From the human T2T-CHM13v2.0 reference genome, Homo sapiens: 64,000 nucleotides of DNA. Positions 1 through 11,559 of the stretch are shown one piece after another. The notes beneath the pieces are model-generated. The model searched no databases. It was not told the DNA's origin and saw nothing but the letters and a program-made list of their open reading frames with translations. Location of the stretch: NCBI RefSeq assembly GCF_009914755.1, contig NC_060947.1. One strand, written 5' to 3'. The position numbers were made by a program, and so were the translations under genes. Positions within the stretch are counted from its first letter, which is position 1. Every line of letters starts with the position of its first letter.

Positions 1-329
1 AGAAAGGGCTTTATGGCTAAAAAAAAAGTTTGGAAAGTGCTGCAGTAGGGAATGCCATCGGGGAAGTGAGCTTAGACCAAATTTTGGGATCATGTCCCAG
101 ATGTCAGTGAATATAATCGGACTGGCAGCATTTAGTGCTCACCACTCCACACAGGCTGGTTGCAAAAAGTCTTTACTCAAGTCTCTATTTACTTAAGATT
201 TTTCACTGGCTGAGCTAGCTGAACCCAGCTCAGAGGGACTCAATCCCTCTGGCTGAAAGAGACTTTGGTTCTACACATTACGAAGCTTCAGCCTAGGACA
301 ATAATGCTGTTAAAATGTATCCTACTGAT

Positions 330-664
330 GGCTGGGCGCAGTGGCTCATGCCTGTAATCTCAGCACTTTGGGAGGCTGAGGTGGGCGGATTACCTGAGGT
401 CAGGAGTTTAAGACCAGCCTGGCCAACATGGTGAAACCCCATCTCTACTGAAAATATAAAAATTAGCCGGGTGTGGTAACACATGCCTGTAATCTCAGCT
501 ACTACTTGGGAGGCTGCAGTGGGAGAATTGCTTGAAGTAGGGAGGCGGAGGTTGTAGTGAGCCGAGACTGCGGCTGAGATTGCGCCACTACACTCCAGGC
601 TGGGTGACAGAGCGAGACTCCATTTAAAAAAAAAAAAAAAAAAAAGAAAGAAAAAAGAAAAAAA
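330..664 (+). mobile_element. Alu (AluS-type), full length
   Basis: GGCTGGGCGCAGTGGCTCA start, dimer, A-tail. TSD-like AAAA(T)GTATCCTACTGA on both sides. 12-bp internal duplication GCCGAGACTGCG/GCTGAGATTGCG. Confidence 0.95.
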
Positions 665-799
665 GTATCCTACTGAGAATCCATTGGTATCATTGTGTTT
701 ATACTTTGTCTCAGTAAAACTATCTCTGTCAAACTCCATCCGTTTCTCCGTAGGTGAGCTCCATTGTGGCTACAAATAGGTCCCAAGAATGTTATGGGG

Positions 800-1081
800 A
801 CATATGGACAGAGGGAAAAACAAGCAGAGAGGAAAGACGATGTGGAGACATAGGGAGAATGAATGCCAACTCTGTGCCAAGGAACACTTAAGGCTGCCAG
901 AGGGTAGAAGAGAGGGCTGGAACAGGTTCTCCCTCACAGCTCAGCTCTCAGAAGGAACTCAATCTCCCAACACCTTGATCTTGAATTTGTAGCCTCCAGA
1001 ACTGTTAGACAATACATTTCTGTTGTTTAAGCTGCCTGGTCTTTGGCATTTTTGTTATGGCACTCCAGGCAAACTAATACA
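800..1081 (+). mobile_element. MaLR LTR fragment (MLT1-type)
   Basis: CACCTTGATCTTGAATTTGTAGCCTCCAGAACTG...TTGTTATGGCA...AAACTAATACA, a typical MLT1 3' end. Confidence 0.8.
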
Positions 1082-1147
1082 GGACCCAAGCATCTCTGCT
1101 GGGGAGAGCAGATCATAGGCTACGATCACTACGAGCACTGTCTAGAC

Positions 1148-1441
1148 CAGCACAGTCCAGTAGAAATATAATGCGAGCCACATGTGTAATTTTAAATTTC
1201 TTACTAGCTAGATTTAAAAGTAAAACAAAAAACAAAAACTGAAAAAGGGTGGAATTAATTTTAGCAATATATTTTATTTAACTCATTATTTGCAACATGT
1301 AATCATTTCAAGACATAATATAAAATTATTTTTAGTCTTTGAAATCCAGTGTGTTTTTTTTTTCTACATCTCAATTGGGACTAACCCAGTTTTAAATGCT
1401 CTATGAACACAAGGGGCTTGTGGCTCCTGGATTGGCCAGCA
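1148..1441 (+). mobile_element. hAT-Charlie MITE (MER33-like)
   Basis: CAGTCCAGTAGAAATATAATGCGAGCCACATGTGTAATTTTAAATTT start and TGGATTGGCCAGCA end resemble the MER33 consensus. Confidence 0.7.
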
Positions 1442-2819
1442 TGAGTTTGCAGCCTAGGTCCCTGCAGTGGACCTGTGCATGGAGTGCCCTCAGACTTACT
1501 TCACCGGCAGCCAGTCAACACCAAATCGAAATGAGACTGGACCTGACTTATAAATATGCAGATCAGTATTAGAAAGACACATTTTCTTGAGTAGTAATTC
1601 CCAGGCAAACAGCTCTTCAATCTACACTGACTTGAGGCAGATCCCTGATATCCCCGCTTCCACCTGGCATTTAGCTCTCCCAAGCCATTGGATACCTCGG
1701 ATATATATGCCCACCTTGGTGTGTGCCTCAAATGCTGTTCAGACTATGGCTGCTGATGGCTTCTGTGAAGGAGAATCCTGCAACATGCTCCATGTTTGTT
1801 GAGGGCTCCAGTATCCTTCATTTCTCAGTATGAACACTTGATTCTGTCCTCAATGCTCTCCCTCACCACCTACCTGCCATGGTGCTTTCCTGGCTCCCTT
1901 CAGTAAAACATACCTGCTGGGCACTGCCCAACCTTCCAGCACTGCCTTCCTTCCCACCTACAATTTCAGCTTCCTTTCTGGTTTTACTTTTTGGATTTCA
2001 GGGAGCTCAACTCACAGCGTTTCTCTTCCTCACTGGAGCCTGCAAGCAGTTGAGACCTAAAACAAAGAAGAAAGGCACAGATAGACTCTCCTTACCTCCT
2101 CCCTTACCTGTAGGCTTCCTGTCTGGCCAAGGGCAGTGTAGAGAAAGTGGGAAATGGAAGAAGGAGCTGGCCTACCAATGCCTAGTTTCTCCTTTCAAAC
2201 GTACCCACCACCTCACTTACTTATTATTGTTTGTGGTGAAACATTTGAAATTTACTCTTAGTTATTTTGAAGCATACAATGCACTATTATGGGCTATAGC
2301 CACCCTGCTGTGCAATTGATTTAATCATTCCACATTGCATACATATGTCAAAACACCACTTTGAACCCCATAAATGTATACAATTAGGATTTGTCAATTT
2401 AAGAATCATATTAGTGAAAAAAATAAAAAAGTTACAAACTTGTCTATCATATAAGGCAACTTCTCCTCTCTGAGGAGGAGGAAGTGGGTGTTCTCCTTGC
2501 CCCAACATGACTCAATCACTGAAGCTCTTGAAATGACACCAGAAAATTGCTGTTGCTATGTAGTACTCTATCCTGGACCTATGTGCAAGAATCAGACAAC
2601 AGTCTTAGAAACCTATGTGTCATCTCAGGGGTGCCAAGGTACATGACAAATGGAAACTTGTTTGTCAGCAGTTGCTCTGTCCTGCTGATATGGTGGTAGA
2701 GGGGCATATGTCTATCAATGTGGTGGGCTAATGTGGGGATGGAGTGGCAGAGACCCTGCACCCCTCAGTTCTAGTAGGAGGCACTGGCTGTTCCTCCTCT
2801 ATGTGGCTCCACTCTAGGC

Positions 2820-3560
2820 ATTCTTTCCACTTTCAACAGTTATTATTTGAGTGTGTAGGTGCCAGGCACTGTGCTGGGTACTCAGGGTTGGCAATGAATG
2901 AGAAGATGTTAACTTATTCAATCAACACTATTAATTGGAAGCCTACTATGTGCCAGGCACTGTTCAGGGCTGGTGCATGGTGGTCAATATGACAGATGGA
3001 GTTCCTGCCCTGCAGTGGGTAATGTGGGAGGAAAATAAACAAGTAAGTAAACAGATGTACCAGATGATGTCAAAGTGAGTAATGGATACTAAGGAAATGA
3101 GGCAGAATAATGTGATAGAATGAGGAGGAAGTCGCTATTTTAGAGTGGGAAGTCAAGAGAGCCCTTTCTAGAAAGGTGGCATTTGAATTGAACTCTGAAT
3201 GATCAGAGGGAATGATCAGAGGGAGGCAGAGAGTGGATGACTAATTCGAGTGTTCAACGTAAATGCAGCAGCAGGTGAAGAGGCCCGGAGATGGGAACTA
3301 ACTTGATATGTTTAGGGAAGGGAAATATAGTAGTAGACAATGAATTGAACTGTGAATAACCAGAGGGAGGCAGAGAGTGGATGACTAATGCGAGTGTTAA
3401 ACGTAAATACAGCAGCAGGTGAAGAGGCCCCGAGATGGGAACTAGCCTGGTATGTTTAGGGAAGAGAAAGATAGTAGTAAGAAATGAGGCTGCAGGGAAG
3501 GCAGAGGCCTGGCCATGCTTGGCATTGGAGGCCATGTTTAGGGGCCATGGAAGACCTGAG
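2820..3560 (-). mobile_element. L2 LINE fragment(s)
   Basis: TATTGAGT...GTGCCAGGCACTGTGCT and CCTACTATGTGCCAGGCACTGTTC motifs (L2 3' end, reverse strand). Confidence 0.7.
3184..3479. repeat. Tandem duplication of ~140 bp inside L2
   Basis: TGAATTGAAC...CAGAGGGAGGCAGAGAGTGGATGACTAAT...ATAGTAGTA occurs at 3184 and again at 3341. Confidence 0.9.
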
Positions 3561-4007
3561 TATACACTGAATAAATGGCAGCTAATGTAGAATTTCTGCA
3601 TCTCAGTCCACAAATTTTGGGCTACCAGGAAGGTCTCATTAAAATAATTCTTTAAATCAATTTATATTCAACTCACAATACCAGGATGGCAGAAAATTCT
3701 ATTTCAGTCACTACTGGGGCTTCATCCCAAGATCATGCCAAAGTCTAGAGGTGTTCTCAAAGTCCAAAAGCCAGTGGTGGCTCTTGTAACTTTGGTCTAT
3801 AGTGGTTCCAGCTGGGATGTCTTTTGTTCAAACTCTCAAGGTCCCCTGATTCCAGCCTATGCTTGATAATCTTTGCCTAGTCTGGGGACCTACTTAGTCT
3901 GCCCACATCCCCAGCTGCCATGGGAACTTGGAAACACTCTGAAAACTGCATGAAGGGCTACAAAGTTTGCCTATGAACACTGCTGCGAATTTCACTACTA
4001 TTTCTCA

Positions 4008-4779
4008 TTGAATTAGTTTTCTAAGGCTGCTGTAACAAAGCACTGCGAACTAAATGGCTTAAACAGCAGAAATTAATTTCCTCACAGTTATGGAGGCTGC
4101 AAGTCCAAGACCAAGGTGTGGGCAGGGTTGGGGTTCTTTCTGAGAGCTGTGAGAGAGAATCTGTTTCAGGCCCCTCCCCTAGCTTCTGGGGGTTTGTTGA
4201 CAATCTTTGGCATTCCTTGGTTTGTAGAATCATCATCTAATCTTTAATCCTCTGCCTTCATCTTCACATGGTGCTCTCCCTGTGTGTGTCTCTGTGTCCA
4301 AATTTCCTTCTTCTTCTTCTTTTTTGTTTTGAGACAGTCTTACACTATTGTCCAGTCTGGAGTGCAGATGCACAATCTTGGCTCACTGCAACTCTGCCTT
4401 CCGGGCTCAAGAGATCTTCCACCTGTTTCCTGAGTAGCTGGGATTACAGGTGTGTGCCACCACACCTGGCTAATTTTTGTATGTTTTGTAGAGATAGGAT
4501 TTTGCCATGGTGCCCAGGCTGGTCTCAGACTCCTGAGCTCAAGTGATCCTCCTGCCTTGACCTCCCAAAGTGCTGGGATTACAAGCATGAGCCACTGCAC
4601 CCAGCCCCAATTTCCATTGTTTATAAGGATATATCAATCATGTTGGATTAGAGGCCACTCTAATGACATCATCTTAACTAATTACAACAACCCTATTTCC
4701 AAAGCAGCACATCACATTCTGATGTACTGGGGGTCAGGATTTCATATGAATGGGGGTGGACACAATCCAACCCATTAAC
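4008..4779 (-). mobile_element. MLT1-type MaLR LTR interrupted by an Alu
   Basis: TTAGTTTTCTAAGGCTGCTGTAACAAAG...CTCACAGTTATGGAGGCTGCAAGTCCAAGA...CACAATCCAACCCATTAACA. Confidence 0.8.
4308..4606 (-). mobile_element. AluJ-type
   Basis: Reverse Alu. TSD CCAAATTTCC / CCAATTTCC. Confidence 0.9.
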
Positions 4780-5039
4780 AATCATCTTATTTCTTCATTT
4801 CACTGCCCAGCTTGCTCCTGACCCCAGCCTTCAGGCTGACTCTGCTCTAGGCTTTCACGTGGGCCTGGTACAACTTGTTGAGAAGGTCAAAGTCATTATT
4901 TGGGGGAAAGTAGCTCCAGGGTAACCCCAAGGACAGGTCTGTGGGGCAAAAGTCTAGTGGAGGGCAGGTCTCTGTGAAGAGGTGCTCAATTATGGAGAAG
5001 TAGTGGCTCCTAGATCTGAAGCTGGAATTTGGGAGGATG

Positions 5040-5200
5040 GTGTGTCAGTCAGATTGGGCTAGGTAATGCTGCAGTAACAAGCAACCCTCAAATCTCAGTG
5101 CTAACTCAATAAGGCTTACTTCTCACTTTATTCTATGTATCCATTGCAAGTCATCTATCACCTGACTCAGGGCCCAGGCTGAGGGAGGTGCCATCCTCAC
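5040..5200 (-). mobile_element. Old MLT1 LTR fragment
   Basis: GCTAGGTAATGCTGCAGTAACAAGCAACCCTCAAATCTCAGTG. Confidence 0.6.
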
Positions 5201-5694
5201 CATACCTAATACATTTGTAGTGAAAAGAGAAAGACACACACACAGGAGTGACACATCAGGAGCCTGGATTACTGCCCTGAGCAACTGGCAGCTATGAGAG
5301 GGCCACACTCTACAAGTGTCAGGGACAGCTATGCCAGATTGGCACAGAGAACTCTGAGGGTGAATGGGCCTTGTGCTAGGCAGTGGTGTCTGGGATAGCC
5401 TGCCTCTATCACCAGCTGCCTTCATGAGAGTGGTGCATGTCCGGCCCCAGCAAAGGAGAGAGAAAGGAGAAAGAGGAGGAGGAGAAGGAAGAGGAAAAGA
5501 AGAGAAAGGAGAAAGAGGAGGAGGAGAAGGAAGAGGAAAAGAAGAGAAAGAAGAAGAGGAGAAGGAGGAAGAAGAGGAAGGGGAGGAGTAAGACGATGAC
5601 AATGGCAAATTTGAGCAAGCTGTCTAAACCTCTGTATGTGAGGAGAGAAAGTCATGCAGTACCACTCCTGGGGCTCAAGAGGAGGGAGAATCAT
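5201..5694 (+). repeat. Local duplication, copy 1 (paralog of 9857-10274), with internal GA-rich tract
   Basis: Colinear match by eye, e.g. GTGGTGTCTGGGATAGCCTGCCTCTATCAC and GCTGCCTTCATGAGAGTGGTGCATGTC present in both copies. Confidence 0.9.
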
Positions 5695-5872
5695 CCCCTC
5701 TTGCCCTTTTCTGCCTTCTGCCATGTGAGAATGCAGCAAGAAGGCCCTCATCACATGCTGGTGCCTTTATCTTAGTCTTCCCAGCCTCCAGAACTATGAG
5801 AAATAAATTTCTGTTCTTCATAAATTACCCAGTCTTGTGTGTTCTGTTATAGCAGCACAAAATTGACTAAGC
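5695..5872 (+). mobile_element. MST/MLT1A-type LTR, 3' part
   Basis: CCTTCTGCCATGTGAG...CCAGCCTCCAGAACTATGAGAAATAAATTTCTGTTC...AGCAGCACAAAATTGACTAAG. Confidence 0.8.
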
Positions 5873-5939
5873 CAAGGACTCCACTCCCTGCCATCCCTGA
5901 CCGCAGCTCTGGGACAGGACACTGCTCACTAACTCTTGG

Positions 5940-6715
5940 ACAGTCATTCCAATACTCCCTCTAAAATATATGTCTTGAATTGGTCCACTTCTCTCCTTCC
6001 CCATGGCTGCTGCCCTAGTTCAAGTCACCATCATCTGTCACCCTCACTATGGCAGTAGCTTATTTCTGGTGTCCTGGCTCCAATCCTGCCCTTTATAATC
6101 CATTCTCTATATAGCAGCCAGAGTGAGCCTTTTGAAAATGTAACTTCAACTCATGTCACTCCTCTGCTTAAAATCATGCAATAGTATCTCTTTGTACTTA
6201 GAATAAAAGCAAACCTCCTTCCCGTGACCCACAAGGTCCTATAGGATCTGGCTGCTGCCCACCCCCAGCCTAATTTCCTGCCACTTTCCTTCACTTGCAC
6301 GTACTCCAGTCACACTTTCCTGCCTCAGGGCCTTTGCACATATTCTTCCCTCTGCCTGGAATATCCTTCCCCTACTCTCCTCATGCCTGGCTTCTCATCC
6401 ATTTGCATTTGGCTAAAATGTCCCTTCCTTTGAGAGATGGCTCCTTATTACCCTCTCTCAGTAGATGCCTCCTTCTCTCCATCCTCTGTCAGGGTACCCC
6501 ATTCATTTCCCTCATGACACTTGGCACAGTTTTTGAATAAGTATTTCTTTGTTAATTTTTGTTCTCCCTTTAGACTATAAATTTCATGAGGGCAGAAACT
6601 ATGCCTGCTTTATCCATCATTGTATCTCACAGCCTAGCACAGCTCTTGGCACATAGTAAGCCTTTAGCATATATTTGCTGAATGAGCAAATGAATGATTA
6701 AATAAATGAATGTAT
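5940..6715 (+). mobile_element. L2 LINE 3' fragment
   Basis: CCTGCCTCAGGGCCTTTGCACAT ... TGGCACATAGTAAG...TTTGCTGAATGA tail. Confidence 0.75.
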
Positions 6716-8949
6716 TTGTTTGAGTTTAGTTTCTAAGGATTTGTTTATTTCCTGGCACTGAAAAACAAGGTAGGAAGGTGAGAAGCATGTTGGAAAACTG
6801 AAACTGAATTCTAGTTCAAGATGGCCATTCCTGGAAGGTCAGATACATAAAACAGAGAATTATTTGGAGATCAGGGTGGAACTCAAGAAATATATGGAAA
6901 CACACTGGAATATACCAAGGACAGTCCTAATCTTAGAAGGGCCGCAGGCCTTTTGGAGTATTTTTTGCTACTTCTGGTAATACTCATTGTCCATTGATGG
7001 CAAGTTCTGGGGCCATGAAGATGGTGCCAACACAGGCGTGACATGTTTGAGGCTGACTAGAGATGGCACTATATAAAAGGAAATGTATCTGGCTGTCCAT
7101 AAGAATGTGATGACTTCGTGGAGAGACACAAAGTACTGAAAGTCTCTCTTGGCCAGATAGAAGTGTAGTGTATGCAGTCAGTGCTAGGATTATTAGCTCT
7201 AGCTTTCAGAAAAAGTAACTGAGGCTCAATTAAGTCCATTGTCCAAAGTCATTCTACTACTATGTAGAAGGCAGGCAGGCTGATCTTCCCCACTGGTCAT
7301 TGTCCTGTGTTAGACTCTCAGTAGGTGGTGGGGGAAGGATTGGAGCCTAGAGCTTGTATCTGAGCAGCACTATCATTGGCAATGCAGATATAAATGTACC
7401 TGCTTTGTGATAAACTGTGGGAGGGTCTTAATCTCTGGCTGTGGTGAGTGGAGGTATTTACCTTGATAAAGGCCCCCAGATAATTCTGAGACACTCTCCG
7501 CCTTTCTAAGAGCACTTCCTCCAACCACCTGACCCCTTGAGAACCACTGCATTAGAAGGCACATGGGAAACAAGTTCTTAAGAAACTGACTTTCATTTAA
7601 TGAGTTCATTACAAAGGCTGCCGAACATATTCCCAACTAGAGGTCAGTTACACCTACATTTCTCAAAGTCGCACAATCACTGACACTCGGGGTCATCAAG
7701 GTGACAGTGAGGCTTGCAAAATATGCAAATACCTTCTGAGTGATCAAAGGAAGAAGTTCTCTTTGGTGGAGTATTGGTGTTCTCTGTGCTTGGTATATTT
7801 CAGTTTTCTGGATTGAGCTCATCAAGGTCTGGGAATTCACAGTAATTCTGTTCGGCAGACACTTGCATTAACCAGAATATACAATCCTATTTCCCTGGCC
7901 ACTGCAAAGGTTTTATTGCAAATACAGTCCCTGAATTTCCCAAAGCTTTTTCACATATGAGCAACTTGGTTAGGACTCTATGCTTCAGTTTTACCAAGAG
8001 CTTGTTTGCTTTGAAAGGACTGCCACAAAAAATAAAAAATAAATAAAAGCAAAAATTTCTGTTGACTGTAAAACTGCTCAGTGAATGATTTTTACGTACA
8101 CGTATGGACCAAGGAAGCAGGCTCTGGGCCCCTCTGCCTCCAACCACATTCCCAAAGTTCTCACGCTTGTAAAAGAAAAAAAACATGTTTGTTTCCCTTT
8201 GATTTTTATGGGACTGTAAAATAAATTAAATGAAAAAGCCTATAGCCTTAAACTACCCAAAAGTGGAAAATGGAAAATTCACAAGCCAAACTCCTGTGCA
8301 TTGATTCCTGGAGGCTCTTCAGAATAACTCCAGTGGTCACATTTCGCTTTCACATTCAGCTTAAGTGGCACCTCCTCTAGGAAGTCTTTGAGCACCCCTG
8401 TTTCCTTATTAATTATACAGTTCATTCATCCATCTATCCATTCATTCAATAAGTACTTATTGTGGATCTACTATATAATATCAGGCACTGATGAAGGTGT
8501 TTTGTAAATAGGCAGATAATAAGGACAAAAACACACAAAATTCCCATCCCTCATGGAGCTGACGTTCTAGTTGGGGGATACTGACCATATAAACAAGATA
8601 AAGAAGTAGGGTCTATAGTACATTAGAAAGCGGTAAATGCTATGGATAAAAGTCACGCATGGAGAAGGCCAGCAGTGCCAGATGGTGAAAGTGGTGCTGT
8701 AATTTTGGACTTGAAGGAGGTGAGGGAGTGTGCTGTGTAGCTGTCTGGGAGATGTGTATTTTAGGCAGGGGAATGGCATGTGCAAGGGCCCTGAGGAGAA
8801 CAGTGTGTATGAGGAACAGTAAAAAGATCTGTGGGCCTGCAATGGTGTGAGTGAAAGTAGAGCTGTAGGGAATGAGATCACATGATGATCTCCTCCACTG
8901 CAGCATAAACATGTTCCTCTTGCAGTGCGATCACACCTTATCATCATTA

Positions 8950-9330
8950 TTGTTACAGTTCTTAGTTGGGTTTTCTGGGAAACAGATACTGAGGCGGAGT
9001 TGTGTGTGCTTTCGGGATCAATGCCTGGACAAGGGAAGGACAGGAAGCCCAGTGGGCAGAAGGAGCAGTTGAGCTGCAGTGAAGTCACAACAAGGATTTG
9101 GTCAACCCCAAGGGGAACTTTGGGGCTGGAATGGCTCTACAGAGTCATTCAGAGCTGTGGAGAGGGGCTGGGCCATTATACCCCTCCTCTTCCCACATCA
9201 ACCAGTCACTGGATGGAGCTGTCCCTTGAAGGGGATGTGACCTGGAGCTAGGCTACTCTTTTCAGCTGTGAACAATTCCTGCAAAAGCTGACACCAGAAC
9301 AAGCTGACACTTGAGAATCAGCATTACCAG
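8950..9330. mobile_element. Old ERVL-class LTR fragment
   Basis: GGGAAACAGATACTGAGGCGGAG...GGGCAGAAGGAGCAGTTGAGCTGCAGTG resembles ancient ERVL LTRs. Subfamily uncertain. Confidence 0.45.
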
Positions 9331-9856
9331 CAGTTAGAGAAATAGTGCTATTTCTCAGAATGGTGAGAAAGTAAATGTTTGTTGTTTAAACCACTTAGCC
9401 TATGGTATTTTTTTATGGCAGCCCTAGCAAACTCATACACCAGGCCTCCCAACTTGCAGGCTCATGCTCTCCCCTCAGCATGAATCACTATGGCTTGATA
9501 TCCCTCAGAGAGATGCAAATCCCCTCATTGGAGGTTAGCTTGGTGTAGGGCCAAGAGCACTAACTTTGCAGTCAGAAAACCTAAGGACTTTCTCCTCCTC
9601 TACTTAACTGTGTGGCCTTGAATCAGTCACTTAATCTCACTGAGCTTCTATGTCCCCATCTGTTAATTGGAAGGAATGAAGAATGCTGTCTTCCTAAGGG
9701 CCCATTTGGTGTCTGGGAACTGCATTGGCACTTTCAAGGACCTGATAAGAATGTTGGAGAATCCAAGAAGACAGCGCCCTTTGTCATCATAATTCCAAAC
9801 ACTTGACCAGAGGATTAAGTTGTGTCAAGGGGGCCTGGCATGTAATTGGTGGTCCA

Positions 9857-10274
9857 CATGCCTAATACATTTTTGGGGAAAAAGAGAAAAGCATGCACGA
9901 GTGACACATCAGGGGCCTGGATTACTTCCCTCAGCAACTGACAGCTATTTGAAGGCCACACCCTATAGGTGCCAGGGACAGCTATGCCAGGTTGGCACAC
10001 AGAAACCTGAGGGTGAACGGGCTTTGTGCTAGCTGGTGGTGTCTGGGATAGCCTGCCTCTATCACTGGCTGCCTTCATGAGAGTGGTGCATGTCTCCTCT
10101 CTCTTCCTCTCTCGACAAGGGAGAGAAGAGGAGGAGGAAGAGGAGGAGGAGGAGGAAGAGGAGAAGATGGCAATGATAACAGCAACAAGCATGAGTAAGC
10201 CGCCTAAGCCTCTGAAGATGAGAAGCCGTAGTCATGTAGTGCCACTTCTGGGGCTCAAGAGGAGTGGGGATCAT
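9857..10274 (+). repeat. Local duplication, copy 2 (paralog of 5201-5694), with (GAG)n tract
   Basis: Matches copy 1 from CATGCCTAATACATTT through GGGGCTCAAGAGGAG...TCAT. Confidence 0.9.
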
Positions 10275-10980
10275 TAACCCTCTGAACCAGACAGAATGGG
10301 CAGGGATGCTGTATAATAATCATGATACTACTACTAAGATTATCCATTATTAGGGAGAGGAGACAGTACATCAAAAGCCATGGATTTTTCCCCTCAGGTT
10401 TGCAGGGCCAAAATCTTGCTCTCGCCAGTTCACCCTGAAGTTTGAGGTTCTGAATGGGAGTGAGATGGGGCAGTGACTCACTCTCCCTAAACTCTCAACT
10501 GACTGGCAGTTAGACTGTAAGCCAGCAGATCCATCTCTCTGTGGAGGAGATTGCTATACATCTCTCTATGGGAATACTAGATCTTGTTGGTTAGGGTTTT
10601 CCCTTCCCATACAGGACATCTGAAAAATCAAATTATTCAGCACAAGTTTCTCAGGAACCAAGGGAGTTTGGCTGGTCTTGAAGGGTATATTGCTTCTGGC
10701 TAGAGGCCAATCTTAATAAATTCTCCCAGTTCCATAGCAAAGCTCTGAGAATTCACCTTGCTAGACATCAGAATCGGGGAGTCTCTTCTTCATAGCTACT
10801 GCTCAATTAGCATGAACACAATTTAACTAACTAGTGGACATATGCTTTGTTATTGGCTCAACACCCACTCCTTTGGGGAATCACCTCTCTTCAATCTATC
10901 ATCTACTGGACGTCTGACCTTGGGCAAATTACTTAACCTCATCATGCTTTGGTTTCTCCATCCTTAAAGTGAGGCTAGTA

Positions 10981-11304
10981 CAGTAGCCTCTCATTATCCA
11001 TGAAGGATCTGTTCTAAGACCTCCAGTGGATATACCAGAAACTGCAGATCGTACTGAACCCTGTATATACCATGTTTTTTTTCCTATATATACATACTGA
11101 TGATAAAGTTTAATTTATAAATTAGGCACAGCAAGAGATTAAAAATAATAACTAATAATAAAATAGAACAATTATAACAATAAAAGTTATGTGAATGTTC
11201 TCTCTCCCTCTCTCTTTCAAAATATCTCCATACTTTCAGACTGTGGTTGACCATGGATAACTGAAACTGCTGAAAGCAAAACCAGAGATAAGTGGTGACC
11301 ACTG
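10981..11304 (+). mobile_element. MER2 (Tigger-family MITE) nested in a MIR
   Basis: Terminal inverted repeats CAGTAGCCTCTCATTATCC / GATAAGTGGTGACCACTG, preceded by TA. MIR core continues on both sides (~10915-11395). Confidence 0.8.
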
Positions 11305-11559
11305 CACTAGTGCCTACTTTATAGGGTTACCATGAGAAATAAGGGAGTTAATACATTAAGTGCTTGGAACTTACTAAGCACTCAATAGATATTAGTAGTA
11401 GTAGTATCATAATCATTGTATAGTATCCCTGCCCATTCCATGTGGTTCACAGGGTTTAATGATCTCCACTCCCTTCAGCCATAGGGGTAATATTGCATGA
11501 CTCAGTCCTGGCCAAAAAGAGTACTTCATCTCAGGCAAAAGCAACATAAAAGTAAAACT

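Noticed and set aside
208-255. Short hairpins (CAGAGGGA/TCCCTCTG)
   Set aside because: 7-8-bp stems are expected by chance.
293-739. 148-aa ORF and many similar LECSG/PASAS ORFs
   Set aside because: Antisense Alu translations.
5123-5775. Overlapping E/K/S/L-rich ORFs and the frame shared with 9815-10192
   Set aside because: Driven by the GA-rich tract; substitutions between copies are mostly non-synonymous; no family similarity.
6760-7140. Possible Gypsy/ERV pol remnant (WNIPRTV...QAFWSIFCYFW)
   Set aside because: Resemblance too weak to support without an HMM search.
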